From the IMG/VR virus record IMGVR_UViG_3300009128_000001: a stretch of 64,000 nt of DNA; one strand, 5' to 3'. This document shows, one piece after another, positions 1 through 8,862 of the stretch. How positions within the stretch are numbered: the stretch's first letter is position 1; each line of letters starts with the position of its first letter. Source of the DNA: an uncultured virus (IMG/VR IMGVR_UViG_3300009128_000001) (lineage: Duplodnaviria; Heunggongvirae; Uroviricota; Caudoviricetes). The position numbers were made by a program, and so were the translations under genes. The notes beneath the pieces were generated by a model. The model saw only the letters and a program-made list of their open reading frames with translations. It did no database searches and had not been told where the DNA came from.

Positions 1-10
1 TGCCTTTATG

Positions 11-35
11 TTCCGTATCGGTCGGGTTGGGGACA
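11..35. repeat. 25-bp direct repeat, copy 1 (TTCCGTATCGGTCGGGTTGGGGACA)
   Basis: Identical 25-mer at 11-35 and 1189-1213, both non-coding. Confidence 0.9.
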
Positions 36-87
36 CTTTTTTCAAACTTTTCGACCCATGATTAGCTGCTCTTTTGGTTTGGGTTAT

Positions 88-154
88 TGGTGGGAAGTGT
101 AGGACTCGAACCTACTCCAAACACCCGTAAGTGTTTGGCGCCCTATACCATCCC
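88..154 (-). ncRNA. tRNA-like element lacking a D-stem (possibly degenerate tRNA-Val)
   Basis: Minus strand GGGATGGT-ATAGGGCG-CCAAACACT-TACG-GGTGTTTGG-A-GTAGG-TTCGAGT-CCTAC-ACTTCCC-A-CCA: perfect T-arm, acceptor stem with one bulge, encoded CCA, no D-stem. Confidence 0.6.
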
Positions 155-157
155 GCG

Positions 158-412
158 CTACCATGTAAGGCGCGCAGATTCACAACGATGGCTCTCCTCA
201 ATTGCCAGATCAATGTGGTAGTGTACCAAAGTGTCATGTGGAAAACGATCAAGAGCTTTTTTGATCGAGGTAGCTACTAGAGCGTACCTATTCCCCCGCC
301 TTTCCGTTTCAGACAATAGATCCCTTAGTATGTTTTGGGCTAGCCCCTTGTCTTGGCTCATGTGGGTTAGAGCCTTGAATAGTTCGGATCGTATATTGAT
401 CGGCTTAAACAT
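158..412 (-). CDS. hypothetical protein (early cassette)
   Basis: 84-aa ORF downstream of a TTGACA promoter-like site. Confidence 0.6.
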   Translation of the reverse strand: MFKPINIRSELFKALTHMSQDKGLAQNILRDLLSETERRGNRYALVATSIKKALDRFPHDTLVHYHIDLAIEESHRCESARLTW

Positions 413-450
413 TATCCGCCCCTTGTTTGGGTTATCGGGCTATGTGTGGG

Positions 451-491
451 AAGTTAATCACGCTAGGGGCATTGTCAACCCCTAGCGCGAT
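451..491 (-). promoter_or_regulatory. sigma70-like promoter embedded in a stem-loop
   Basis: TTGACA (473-478)-16 nt-TAACTT (451-456); the -35 lies in the loop of inverted repeat CGCTAGGGG/CCCCTAGCG (461-469/479-487). Confidence 0.55.
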
Positions 492-500
492 CTTTTCTGA

Positions 501-1052
501 CTATTGAATTAGAAACTGACCTTTGGGGCCTTCTGCCACTAGTCCCTTGTAATGGGTTTGGAGCAATTGCCAGAGCGCTTTTTCTGCTCTGGCTGGTACG
601 CTGTTCTTTTGGCTCCTACGATGCCAGAACCTACCCCGGATCCCTTTCCAGGCATTAAGGGACGACTTGCGATAGGGCGTCTTGATCTTAATGCGCCAAC
701 CATATTGGCTATGATAACGCTCGATAAAGATCACTGGCTTTTGGGCCGCGCGTTCTGCCTTATCTCCTAGGCGTTTTTCGATCCGATCCGCTAGGGCATC
801 AAAACCTAGGGAGCGGAGCCTTTGAACCTTGGGCGGAATAGTAGGGCCAACTTGATCCCGTGCTATCTGGTAGATTAGCACATTAGCCTCTTTATTCTGT
901 GCCTCGCTGATATGGCTTGTTGACTTGCCATACATCTTTCGACACTTTGGGCCCATCATAACCTGGGCTGACTTTGCGTTGACTAGGGAATACCCACAAG
1001 CCGCGCACCTAATGTCCAAGAGTTTAGTTGCTTTGGCGTTTTCGTGATCCAT
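501..1052 (-). CDS. DUF6011-like Zn-binding protein with HARP-like C-terminus
   Basis: CAACGYSL...S...MGPKC motif; C-terminal KTPY...GRFW...SVP pattern. Confidence 0.55.
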   Translation of the reverse strand: MDHENAKATKLLDIRCAACGYSLVNAKSAQVMMGPKCRKMYGKSTSHISEAQNKEANVLIYQIARDQVGPTIPPKVQRLRSLGFDALADRIEKRLGDKAERAAQKPVIFIERYHSQYGWRIKIKTPYRKSSLNAWKGIRGRFWHRRSQKNSVPARAEKALWQLLQTHYKGLVAEGPKGQFLIQ

Positions 1053-1089
1053 TGTGCCCTCACTTGGTTAGTGTTTCGAGCATACAAGC

Positions 1090-1117
1090 AAACTAAGCAC
1101 GCTTTGGTTGTTGTCAA
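1090..1117 (-). promoter_or_regulatory. sigma70-like promoter, twin of 451-478
   Basis: TTGACA (1112-1117)-8 nt-AGCGTG-2 nt-TAGTTT (1090-1095); same spacing and AGCGTG core as the 451-478 site. Confidence 0.55.
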
Positions 1118-1188
1118 GTGCCTAGGTTGCTTTTTTCCGATCTTTCCCCGCTGCCCCTTTCGTTTGCTGTTTTCGGTTCGCCCTTACT

Positions 1189-1213
1189 TTCCGTATCGGT
1201 CGGGTTGGGGACA
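1189..1213. repeat. 25-bp direct repeat, copy 2
   Basis: Identical to 11-35. Confidence 0.9.
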
Positions 1214-1284
1214 GCTTGCGGGCCAATGATAAGAAGGAATCGCATAACAAGAATCGTGCCAACCCTCCGACCCCCCAACTAATA

Positions 1285-1800
1285 AAAGGATCGCGTAGCA
1301 GAAACCATGCCAACAATCTATGATCCATGGCTTATGTAACCACCTAATATTGCTGGTAATCTAGGTGGTAGCTTACCCTGGCATTTCGTGATCCACCCTC
1401 CTGGTCTTTTCATTAACCACTGGATCATTTTTTTTCAGTGAATAAAAAATCATGGTAAAAAATGATCCAGTTTTAATAATTTCAATAACTTACAATGGAT
1501 CGTTCGGGATCCAAAACTGTAAAACTGGGGTGGCAGTTTACCATGGATCATCGGACGCCCACCTCCCCCGAGAGGGTTTATGGCTCAGAATGCTACTTAA
1601 ATACATCCCAAATCACCCCAATACATCCCCATTCACCCCACTACTTGCCACTATTTACCACCATACTCCACTAATTGTGTTAAAAACCTGCAATCCAAAA
1701 TAAAAACAGATAAATAATTAACTCAACAATAATTACATTATTACAAATGATCTAGAAATCATAAGGAATCCAAGATAAGTACCGATATATAATGTAATAA
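1285..1800. other. candidate replication origin / divergent control region
   Basis: Five exact TGATCCA/TGGATCA heptamers (1321, 1389, 1421, 1463, 1544), 15-bp inverted repeat 1419-1433/1457-1471, AT-rich tract ~1700-1800, C-rich to G-rich switch on + strand. Confidence 0.4.
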
Positions 1801-1835
1801 GTCGAGTGTGAGTCATAGGGAACATAGGAATAGGG

Positions 1836-2042
1836 ATGGAACAGGGAAAGAAGCGAATATTCCGAATAAAATGTGATGGATGCAAAGAGCCAACGATAGT
1901 AAACAAACTAATAAGCTGTGAGGATTGTTATAGGCTGTTATGTTACCGGTGTTATTGGGAGCATACACCAGCGAGCAGAAACAAATCAGGGAAGTTATAT
2001 CGTTTATGGAGAATAGTGCACAACCGATTATTTGTGAGATAA
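1836..2042 (+). CDS. small Cys-rich zinc-finger protein
   Basis: Three CxxC pairs plus His in 68 aa. Confidence 0.6.
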   Translation: MEQGKKRIFRIKCDGCKEPTIVNKLISCEDCYRLLCYRCYWEHTPASRNKSGKLYRLWRIVHNRLFVR

Positions 2043-2045
2043 CAT

Positions 2046-2960
2046 ATGCAATTTATAATAAGCACAGAGAATGATTGTTTTACATATGATTTAAACAAAA
2101 AATTAAAAGTAAAACAGATAAAGCGCGGAACAGAAGGAAAGCGGTGGGCGTATGGTATTTCTTGGTGGGGAGACAGATTATATATAGCCTGGCGTAGTCC
2201 TCATGAAATAGTAGAATATGATCGTAAACTAAAACCAACCGGCAGAGTATGTAAAGTTCCTAAATCTCCCGCTGTAATAGGAGACTTACATCAGATTACA
2301 TGTTATGATAAAAAGATATGGTGTGCAAGTACGGGCACAAATTCTATAGTAACATTTGATTGCGGCACATTAGACTACATAGAGAGTTGGAAGCCACATG
2401 AGGGAGTAGCTGATGATGATGGTCCATATAACCCACCTAAGGGGAAGCCGAGGTATACGGAGGATTACAAGCATTACAATTCGATAATGTTCAGGAGCGG
2501 TCGGATATACATTAATGCTCATATGACGACCCACAATCCACCGAGCAATGTATGGGTATTTACTTATCCTGGTTTAAAATTCATAAAGAAGGTAGAGGGT
2601 GGGGAAAGCTCTCACAACATATTTTTTATAGGAGATGAGTTAACGATATGTGATTCAGGGAACGGTCGATTAATACAGCCTGAGAAGTATTTAGAGATAT
2701 TCCGAGGTGGTATTGGGTCATTTTTGAGGGGAATAAGTCAACCACCTGGCAAGCTAATAATAGGCAGAGCTGATAAATGTATAAAAGCAGATCGTCCAAA
2801 AGCGAGGGGAGGATTGGTAATAATTCATGATAGGAAATTCAAATCGCCAGATCCTCGATGGTTAGGATATGGACCAATAGAAGAGATTAGATGTTTAGAT
2901 GAGGAAGATTTAGCCCATCCTGTTCCTGAGCCATTTTGGGGATCCGGCGTCGCGACATAG
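2046..2960 (+). CDS. beta-propeller-like protein (DUF4915-like)
   Basis: Repeated beta-strand blades with YGISW, LHQI, HYNSI, SHNI, FLRGI motifs. Confidence 0.5.
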   Translation: MQFIISTENDCFTYDLNKKLKVKQIKRGTEGKRWAYGISWWGDRLYIAWRSPHEIVEYDRKLKPTGRVCKVPKSPAVIGDLHQITCYDKKIWCASTGTNSIVTFDCGTLDYIESWKPHEGVADDDGPYNPPKGKPRYTEDYKHYNSIMFRSGRIYINAHMTTHNPPSNVWVFTYPGLKFIKKVEGGESSHNIFFIGDELTICDSGNGRLIQPEKYLEIFRGGIGSFLRGISQPPGKLIIGRADKCIKADRPKARGGLVIIHDRKFKSPDPRWLGYGPIEEIRCLDEEDLAHPVPEPFWGSGVAT

Positions 2961-2967
2961 GTGAAAA

Positions 2968-3324
2968 ATGTTAATGAATCAGCAAGATTACGAGCTATAT
3001 TACATGACCTGGAGATACTATGTACGGAAGGTCATGGGATATATAGTACAGGAGAGTGATTATGGTCCGGTCTGTATATATGATTTATGCAAGGATTGGG
3101 AGGGGACAGATTTGAACCATAAGGCGGATCAATTAATGAGGATACCATTTGAGTATGGGTATCGTCATATAGAGGGAGTGATAGAAGCTTTGGTTAGGTT
3201 TCAGCGGGTATATTTGAGAGCGAATGTTGGGGAAATATTAAAAGAAGAAGCTATGACGCGCGCCGAATTTGATAAATGGCATAGGGAAATAAAGTATAAA
3301 ATTGATGACTTAGGAAGGTATTAA
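2968..3324 (+). CDS. hypothetical protein
   Basis: 118-aa ORF in tightly packed operon. Confidence 0.65.
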   Translation: MLMNQQDYELYYMTWRYYVRKVMGYIVQESDYGPVCIYDLCKDWEGTDLNHKADQLMRIPFEYGYRHIEGVIEALVRFQRVYLRANVGEILKEEAMTRAEFDKWHREIKYKIDDLGRY

Positions 3325-3327
3325 GAA

Positions 3328-3600
3328 ATGATAGACAAGATTAGAAAGAATTTAATATTGAACATATTTTTGGGGATATTGACGATAGCTTCGATGGTAT
3401 TATACATGTTGTGGGATCATGCGGCATTTATAATGGTAGCTAATGTATGTTGGATATATTGGATAGTATTTTTCATATTGCATTTAGTTAAGGCGGAGCG
3501 AGAGGAGTCGGCAGATGTAGGTCGCGAGCGCACATTAGAGGAATGGGAAGCGATAGCCGAGATTAGGGCCGAGCGGAAGCGTAAGCGGGATAGAGACTAA
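3328..3600 (+). CDS. small membrane protein (2 TM)
   Basis: Two hydrophobic segments and a charged tail. Confidence 0.6.
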   Translation: MIDKIRKNLILNIFLGILTIASMVLYMLWDHAAFIMVANVCWIYWIVFFILHLVKAEREESADVGRERTLEEWEAIAEIRAERKRKRDRD

Positions 3601-3656
3601 GGACTGGGGATATTTCAAGAATTTAGCGGATCAACAATTTCAAGAGATAGTGGAAC

Positions 3657-3899
3657 ATGATGATCTGTGTAAGGGATGGTGTCGTGAATGGTTGGAGGGA
3701 AGAGATGAAGGAACTAATGACGAGGACGAACAAGATATGTTTAGTGATAGCGTTGATATTATTGGGGCTGATAATATATGAGTACACGTACAATCGGCCT
3801 GAAGTGATACGGGATGGAAGTGGAGCGACTAATTTTGGGCCTGAGAGGGGAGACCTGCAGGAGCGGGGTTATCAGGGAATAATAGATGGCGGGTTGTAA
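3657..3899 (+). CDS. small single-TM protein
   Basis: Hydrophobic stretch ICLVIALILLGLIIY; true start may be a downstream ATG. Confidence 0.5.
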   Translation: MMICVRDGVVNGWREEMKELMTRTNKICLVIALILLGLIIYEYTYNRPEVIRDGSGATNFGPERGDLQERGYQGIIDGGL

Positions 3900-3990
3900 G
3901 GGCACAAAAATTCGCGCGACGCTTAATAGATTATACTAATAATAGCTTATATTTAGTGAGGTAATTATATCAAACTAAATAGGATATCCA

Positions 3991-4593
3991 ATGATTAAAA
4001 GGCTCTTAAAAATAGCGAATAAATTTGAACACACGATTTATGCGGCCGACAATAAGGCGGAAGAAAACAAACAAATACAAACCGCCATGAACGCAGCAAA
4101 AGAGGCGCTAAAAACGATTAAGGGAGTTTTTCGGTATGATCCTAAAAACCTCCAAAAATTCGGAACTTTAATGGGGCAACTAGATCGCACTCCCCCATTG
4201 CAGATTGACGGTATGATGGGCCCCAAAACCATAGCTATGGGCAATTTATTTGTACAACTATACGGTGCATTTCGTAGTGTTTGGAATCGATTAGAGCTAA
4301 ATCAGACAGCAAAAACAGATTTACATATGCTATATTTTGGTCTGGACAAATTAAATAAAGCTGTTCACACATTACATAATTCGGCGCTTAAAACGTCAGG
4401 TCAGGAGGCGCTAAAGTTGTTTAATGGGGGCATTCAACATATTAAAGATATGGAAAGCAAAATGCAAACATGGGCTCAACAATCTAAAAGCGCACCGAGA
4501 GCGAACGACATAGTAGAAGAGGCAGCCCGAGCCAAAAAGATTATTCAAGATGTGCAGCAAACCTTTCAACCTCTTCAACCAAAAAAACAATAA
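3991..4593 (+). CDS. putative virion-associated protein with LLKIA leader and peptidoglycan-binding-like motif
   Basis: N-terminus MIKRLLKIANKFE; LQIDGMMGPKT resembles the PG_binding_1 DG..Gp.T signature; AATA-N6-TATA upstream. Confidence 0.55.
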   Translation: MIKRLLKIANKFEHTIYAADNKAEENKQIQTAMNAAKEALKTIKGVFRYDPKNLQKFGTLMGQLDRTPPLQIDGMMGPKTIAMGNLFVQLYGAFRSVWNRLELNQTAKTDLHMLYFGLDKLNKAVHTLHNSALKTSGQEALKLFNGGIQHIKDMESKMQTWAQQSKSAPRANDIVEEAARAKKIIQDVQQTFQPLQPKKQ

Positions 4594-4636
4594 TCTATTA
4601 AATTTTAAAATTACGTATTAAGAAAGAGGCGTAAAA

Positions 4637-4858
4637 ATGGGAAAGATGAATGACAAGATAGTGGCGTGGAAGTACAGCCCACTATCCCACAATGTATGTT
4701 GTTTGACATGTTTATTAATATTCATATTAGGGATGATATTATCTGTAAGCATATTTACTGGGGTTGGTGTATGGTTACAGTATGTATTATTCGGGGCATA
4801 TTTATTATCGGTATGGATAGTATATTTAGTATTTAGGAGGAGAGATGGAGAAGCTTAG
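4637..4858 (+). CDS. small membrane protein
   Basis: Two hydrophobic helices. Confidence 0.6.
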   Translation: MGKMNDKIVAWKYSPLSHNVCCLTCLLIFILGMILSVSIFTGVGVWLQYVLFGAYLLSVWIVYLVFRRRDGEA

Positions 4859-5066
4859 AGAGATGTGGCTGACGATGTTTAGGAGTGTGTGGTTTACAAC
4901 ATTCATGACAATAATGGTAGGATGGGGAGCATTATCATTAATCATTAAGGGCGAGATGGACTTCTTTTGGTTTATATTTTACGCGCTAGGATTATATTGT
5001 GGGATAAGGTGTGTACAGAAGGCAAAAGAGTGGCAAAAGGATAATAAAGAGGTAAAAAAGGAGTAA
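4845..5066 (+). CDS. small membrane protein
   Basis: Two hydrophobic helices, overlaps upstream stop, GGAG RBS. Confidence 0.6.
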   Translation: MEKLREMWLTMFRSVWFTTFMTIMVGWGALSLIIKGEMDFFWFIFYALGLYCGIRCVQKAKEWQKDNKEVKKE

Positions 5067-5445
5067 AAGTATCTAGAGATATCTTGGAATTCTGAATAAT
5101 GGGATATTTAATATAGGGTGAAGAAGTTCTGGCAGACATTAAAGTATATAGAGAGAAACTTATTATTAATATTAGTGGGTCTCGTAGGAATCTCTATATT
5201 ATTGCCATTAGCGATATTTATGGGCGTGTTATATTTACTATTTATTTTAATTGGAAATATAATACATTTAATTTACTATAGAAAATGAACACAATATTTT
5301 TAGCAACGGGAGTTTTAACGATATTCTTATTATTGGAATTAATGATAAGGTACAGTTGGAAAAATTATATACAAAGGAAATTTCGCGCAAAGAAATAGCT
5401 ATTATAGTTGTCGAGAACCTGTGGAAAACCAGCACTAACAAGAAT

Positions 5446-5898
5446 ATGAACAAGAGAAAAAAGAAGCATAGGAATTTATACTTTGAAGCATCATATGAAA
5501 TATTAAAAGATTATTGTCAAAACAGTTTAAGGTTAGAGGTAGTAGAGCGGCATCACATAGCGGACGAGATAAGTTATTGGGATCGGGAGATAACGATAAA
5601 TTCTCAACACAACATAGAGACCAAAGTATATGTATTATTGCACGAGATGGGGCATGCATTAGCGGCTCGCGGGAAATATTATGCCTACAAGCACAGCAGA
5701 GCCAACAAGAAATACGCACGGAATGTAATAGACAAGGTAGCAACAGTTGGAGAAGAGTTTGAGGCTTGGGATCGTGGTCTTATGTTAGCGAAAAGACTGG
5801 GGATTCAGATTAATCGTGATAAATTTGATCATGAGAAGAGCATAAGTTTAGCGACATGGTTCAAGTGGGCATTAAAGCGTGGGAATCAGGAGTATTAG
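5446..5898 (+). CDS. HExxH zinc metallopeptidase-like (ImmA/IrrE-like) protein
   Basis: LLHEMGH plus downstream EEFEAW; ATG 5446 preferred over TTG 5356. Confidence 0.6.
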   Translation: MNKRKKKHRNLYFEASYEILKDYCQNSLRLEVVERHHIADEISYWDREITINSQHNIETKVYVLLHEMGHALAARGKYYAYKHSRANKKYARNVIDKVATVGEEFEAWDRGLMLAKRLGIQINRDKFDHEKSISLATWFKWALKRGNQEY

Positions 5899-6069
5899 AT
5901 GGATTTATCGTCATTTTTTGGATTATTATTGGTATTATTTTTTGTAGTATGCGGAGTTATATCTATCAAGAAGTGGTAACTGAATGGAAGATTATTTTGT
6001 AATACTTGCCATTATGGTATTCATTGGATTATATTTAAACGATAGATACCCATGTGACAGACGGCGTAA

Positions 6070-7101
6070 ATGAAGATATTATATTCAGCTGGGAACAGAG
6101 TTGGGGCCGGATTACAACTCTATGAATTTCTTAAGTCTACCAATCATGAGGTAAAGGTCGCGGCATATTCAAAGTCATCTCAATTATTAACACATATAGA
6201 TTGGACATTGGACGCATTATTTCACAAATATTCTATATGTGACAGGGTAAAGTTGACGGAGTTATTTGGAACATACAACATACCATTATCGGGAACAAAA
6301 GAGGCGCAGATATTAATTTCAGACATTGATGATTATGCTCCTGACTTAGTAATATGTGATGGAGAGGGATTAGTAGCTAACATTGCGAAATCAATGGGTA
6401 TAAAGCTATGGTATTGTAGTCCATTACATTTATTAGACGGGATAAAGTGGGAAAGGAATCAGCGCAGATATTTATCATCATTGGAGGGGACGCGTAAATT
6501 CTTATATAAATTACCCATCGCGGATCGCACATTAGTATATTCACCTTTTGGGGATGTACATATGCGACCGATATTAAAGGAGGGATATGAGTGGGTTCGT
6601 CCATATTATCATTCTATTGAGGGCAGATCTGAGAGGAGCAAGCGGATAGTAATAATAAGGGGAGCGGATCGCATATCAAAATTGAGCAAGATATTAAATT
6701 GTATTGCTCCATTTGATTTGACAATGTTTAGCGCATTTTCTTATGATTTTTCTCATTTGGATACAAGGAACATAAATTGTCTGAAGAAGTATGGGCAGAT
6801 GTTATCGGAATGTAGTTGGTATTTTACAACAGGCGAGACGAACCATGTAGCGGATGCCATTTACGGAGAGGTAGGAAGAATTTGTATTACACCTAATTTG
6901 GAGGATCCGGAGACATTATTAAACGCGATATTATGTACGAGTTATAATTTAGGAGATGACATAGCGCAAGTGGAGCGTCTGGGGAAATTTGCAGTAGAAG
7001 TTATTGAAGAGTCCATTAAAAATCCCAGAACAAACAAAGATTATTTAAGCATTCAAAATCGAAAAACATTGGACGAACTGGTAGGAGAAGAAGATGCTTA
7101 G
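6070..7101 (+). CDS. divergent GT-B glycosyltransferase-like protein
   Basis: MKILYS.G start and PDLVICDGE..VANIAKSMGI resemble MJ1255-type glycosyltransferases. Confidence 0.5.
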   Translation: MKILYSAGNRVGAGLQLYEFLKSTNHEVKVAAYSKSSQLLTHIDWTLDALFHKYSICDRVKLTELFGTYNIPLSGTKEAQILISDIDDYAPDLVICDGEGLVANIAKSMGIKLWYCSPLHLLDGIKWERNQRRYLSSLEGTRKFLYKLPIADRTLVYSPFGDVHMRPILKEGYEWVRPYYHSIEGRSERSKRIVIIRGADRISKLSKILNCIAPFDLTMFSAFSYDFSHLDTRNINCLKKYGQMLSECSWYFTTGETNHVADAIYGEVGRICITPNLEDPETLLNAILCTSYNLGDDIAQVERLGKFAVEVIEESIKNPRTNKDYLSIQNRKTLDELVGEEDA

Positions 7102-7420
7102 AACATATTCGCCATTACGGGACGGAATACAATTAACAAACAAAATGGTCGAGGATGGCCATGGTCCTTATGATAGATATATATGCGGAGATTGCAAAGG
7201 GACCGGGTACAGAGATGTAGGAGCTTGTGGTTCTTGTGAGGGCTGCGGAAAATTATGTTGGAAGCCATTTTTATATGATGGGTTGGATGACATGTTGGTA
7301 ATAGTTCCGGGCAAATTTTATAATATGACCCGAAAGCAATGGGAGGAGCATTTGGGAAAAGAGATCGGGTTATTGGAGGAAGCATTTAGAGAATATGAGA
7401 GAGAGAGGAAGCATGAGTAA
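7094..7420 (+). CDS. protein with DnaJ-type CxxCxGxG zinc motifs
   Basis: CGDCKGTG and CGSCEGCG. Confidence 0.6.
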   Translation: MLRTYSPLRDGIQLTNKMVEDGHGPYDRYICGDCKGTGYRDVGACGSCEGCGKLCWKPFLYDGLDDMLVIVPGKFYNMTRKQWEEHLGKEIGLLEEAFREYERERKHE

Positions 7421-8063
7421 GAAATGTGTAGCATTTGATATTGGTAATGTATTATGCGAGGTAGATTTAAACAAATTTATTGGTCCATATAATTCTGAGG
7501 TGCATCATAGTTGGCGAGAGAATTTTGGAGCTATAGAATTTTTAAATGACGCATTGCAACATCAGCAAGACATAGGGATAACCACAGTTGGGAAAAAACT
7601 AACCGAGCTTTGTTTATTTGGGTGTCCAGATTTCCAAGAGCGAAAAATAATGAGGTTGGAAGAAGCTTGGAATGATACAATTATAATTCATGATATGATG
7701 ATTAAATTCAAGAATGATTTATTAAGGCGCGGGGTGCAAGTAGCTTTATTAAGTAACATGGGATTTGAACATAAAGAACACATTAAGGAGAATCATCCTG
7801 AATTATTTGAAGGCTGTATATTACATTTGAGTTGTGATGTTGGGGCAAGAAAGCCCTCCAAGTTATATTTCCAAAGTTTCTTATTAGAGCACCCGGAATT
7901 TAGGGGCGCTCTATATATTGATGATCGCTTGGACAATTTAGCCATGGCGGAACAGATGAAATTCCGTCCGTATCACTTTGAGTTAGAAAAAGTATTAGAA
8001 CATACAGATCATCAAAAAGAAGAATTATGGCGTAATTTGAGGTGGTGTATTTTTAAAAAATAA
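7413..8063 (+). CDS. HAD-superfamily phosphatase (YihX-like)
   Basis: FDIGNVL motif I, LLSN motif II, RKP motif III, YIDD motif IV. Confidence 0.8.
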   Translation: MSKKCVAFDIGNVLCEVDLNKFIGPYNSEVHHSWRENFGAIEFLNDALQHQQDIGITTVGKKLTELCLFGCPDFQERKIMRLEEAWNDTIIIHDMMIKFKNDLLRRGVQVALLSNMGFEHKEHIKENHPELFEGCILHLSCDVGARKPSKLYFQSFLLEHPEFRGALYIDDRLDNLAMAEQMKFRPYHFELEKVLEHTDHQKEELWRNLRWCIFKK

Positions 8064-8070
8064 ACCAAAC

Positions 8071-8113
8071 TCTCTGTTATATTAGTTAATGTAAACAATT
8101 AATATAGCAGAGA
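8071..8113. terminator. long intergenic hairpin (possible terminator or processing site)
   Basis: 17-bp stem 8071-8087/8097-8113 with two G-U pairs, just after the HAD gene stop. Confidence 0.4.
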
Positions 8114-8118
8114 AAATA

Positions 8119-8289
8119 ATGATATTATACAAAACATTAGATCGAGAAGAAATCCTTGAATGGTTGGCTATGTTAATTGTCAGCAGATTACCACGAGATG
8201 TAAATGGAGATATAGAGGTATCCTACAATGATGATGATGGGGTAGATATTACCGTATTGCCAAAAATTAAGTCTGGTGTGGTAAATTAG
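8119..8289 (+). CDS. small hypothetical protein (56 aa, below ORF-track cutoff)
   Basis: ATG 8119 to TAG 8289, MILYKTLDREEILEWLAML... Confidence 0.45.
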   Translation: MILYKTLDREEILEWLAMLIVSRLPRDVNGDIEVSYNDDDGVDITVLPKIKSGVVN

Positions 8290-8312
8290 CAATATTTAAG
8301 TATAAAATTACT

Positions 8313-8858
8313 ATGAAAAAGCTATTAAAAATTGCCAAAAGATTTGAAAGCCAAATTTCTAGAGTTGCCGGCGGACCACGACTAATGTGGACAAAAGAAG
8401 ATATGGATGAACAGCGCCGCATAGCAATAAAAGACATGTTAGATAAAGGTCGCACCGTTGAAGAGATAGAAGCTGCCGGAATTGAGGTGCCTGCTGATCT
8501 TATTCCTCCGACCACAGTTGAGGAAGAGACAGAGTCTATACCAGAAACATTACCCGAGCCTACAGAGGTTGCCCCGCCTACAGTTAAGGAGCCGGGCAGA
8601 GAATGGCAGGAAAAACTACAAGTAGAAAACGATTATACATTAACCAATGCGGACGTTAAGAAGATTGAAGATTTATTAAGATTCCGCATAATGAGCTTGG
8701 AAAGAAATAAAGATAAAGAATTGAAAGAAAGGCGAGAAAAATTACTAACCACCCCAGGTTATGAATCTAGCCCAGATTATGAATCCGCGACATCTATAAC
8801 AAGTGGATTTGACAGAGAGATCAATAGAATTAGAGAGATATTAAGTAAGTTACAATAA
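8313..8858 (+). CDS. putative virion-associated protein with LLKIA leader, acidic Pro/Glu linker
   Basis: MKKLLKIAKRFE leader nearly identical to that of 3991; AATA-N6-TATA at 8291-8304. Confidence 0.6.
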   Translation: MKKLLKIAKRFESQISRVAGGPRLMWTKEDMDEQRRIAIKDMLDKGRTVEEIEAAGIEVPADLIPPTTVEEETESIPETLPEPTEVAPPTVKEPGREWQEKLQVENDYTLTNADVKKIEDLLRFRIMSLERNKDKELKERREKLLTTPGYESSPDYESATSITSGFDREINRIREILSKLQ

Positions 8859-8862
8859 TTTA

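Noticed and set aside
88..154. Canonical tRNA-Val(TAC)
   Set aside because: No D-stem, and the anticodon arm does not form a 5-bp stem with a 7-nt loop; kept only as tRNA-like
11..1213. 25-bp repeat as a CRISPR array
   Set aside because: Only two copies 1.18 kb apart with genes between them; no regular spacers and no cas genes
1044..1703. ORFs 1044-1229, 1122-1328 and 1452-1703
   Set aside because: They overlap promoter, repeat and origin-like elements and have no recognisable protein features
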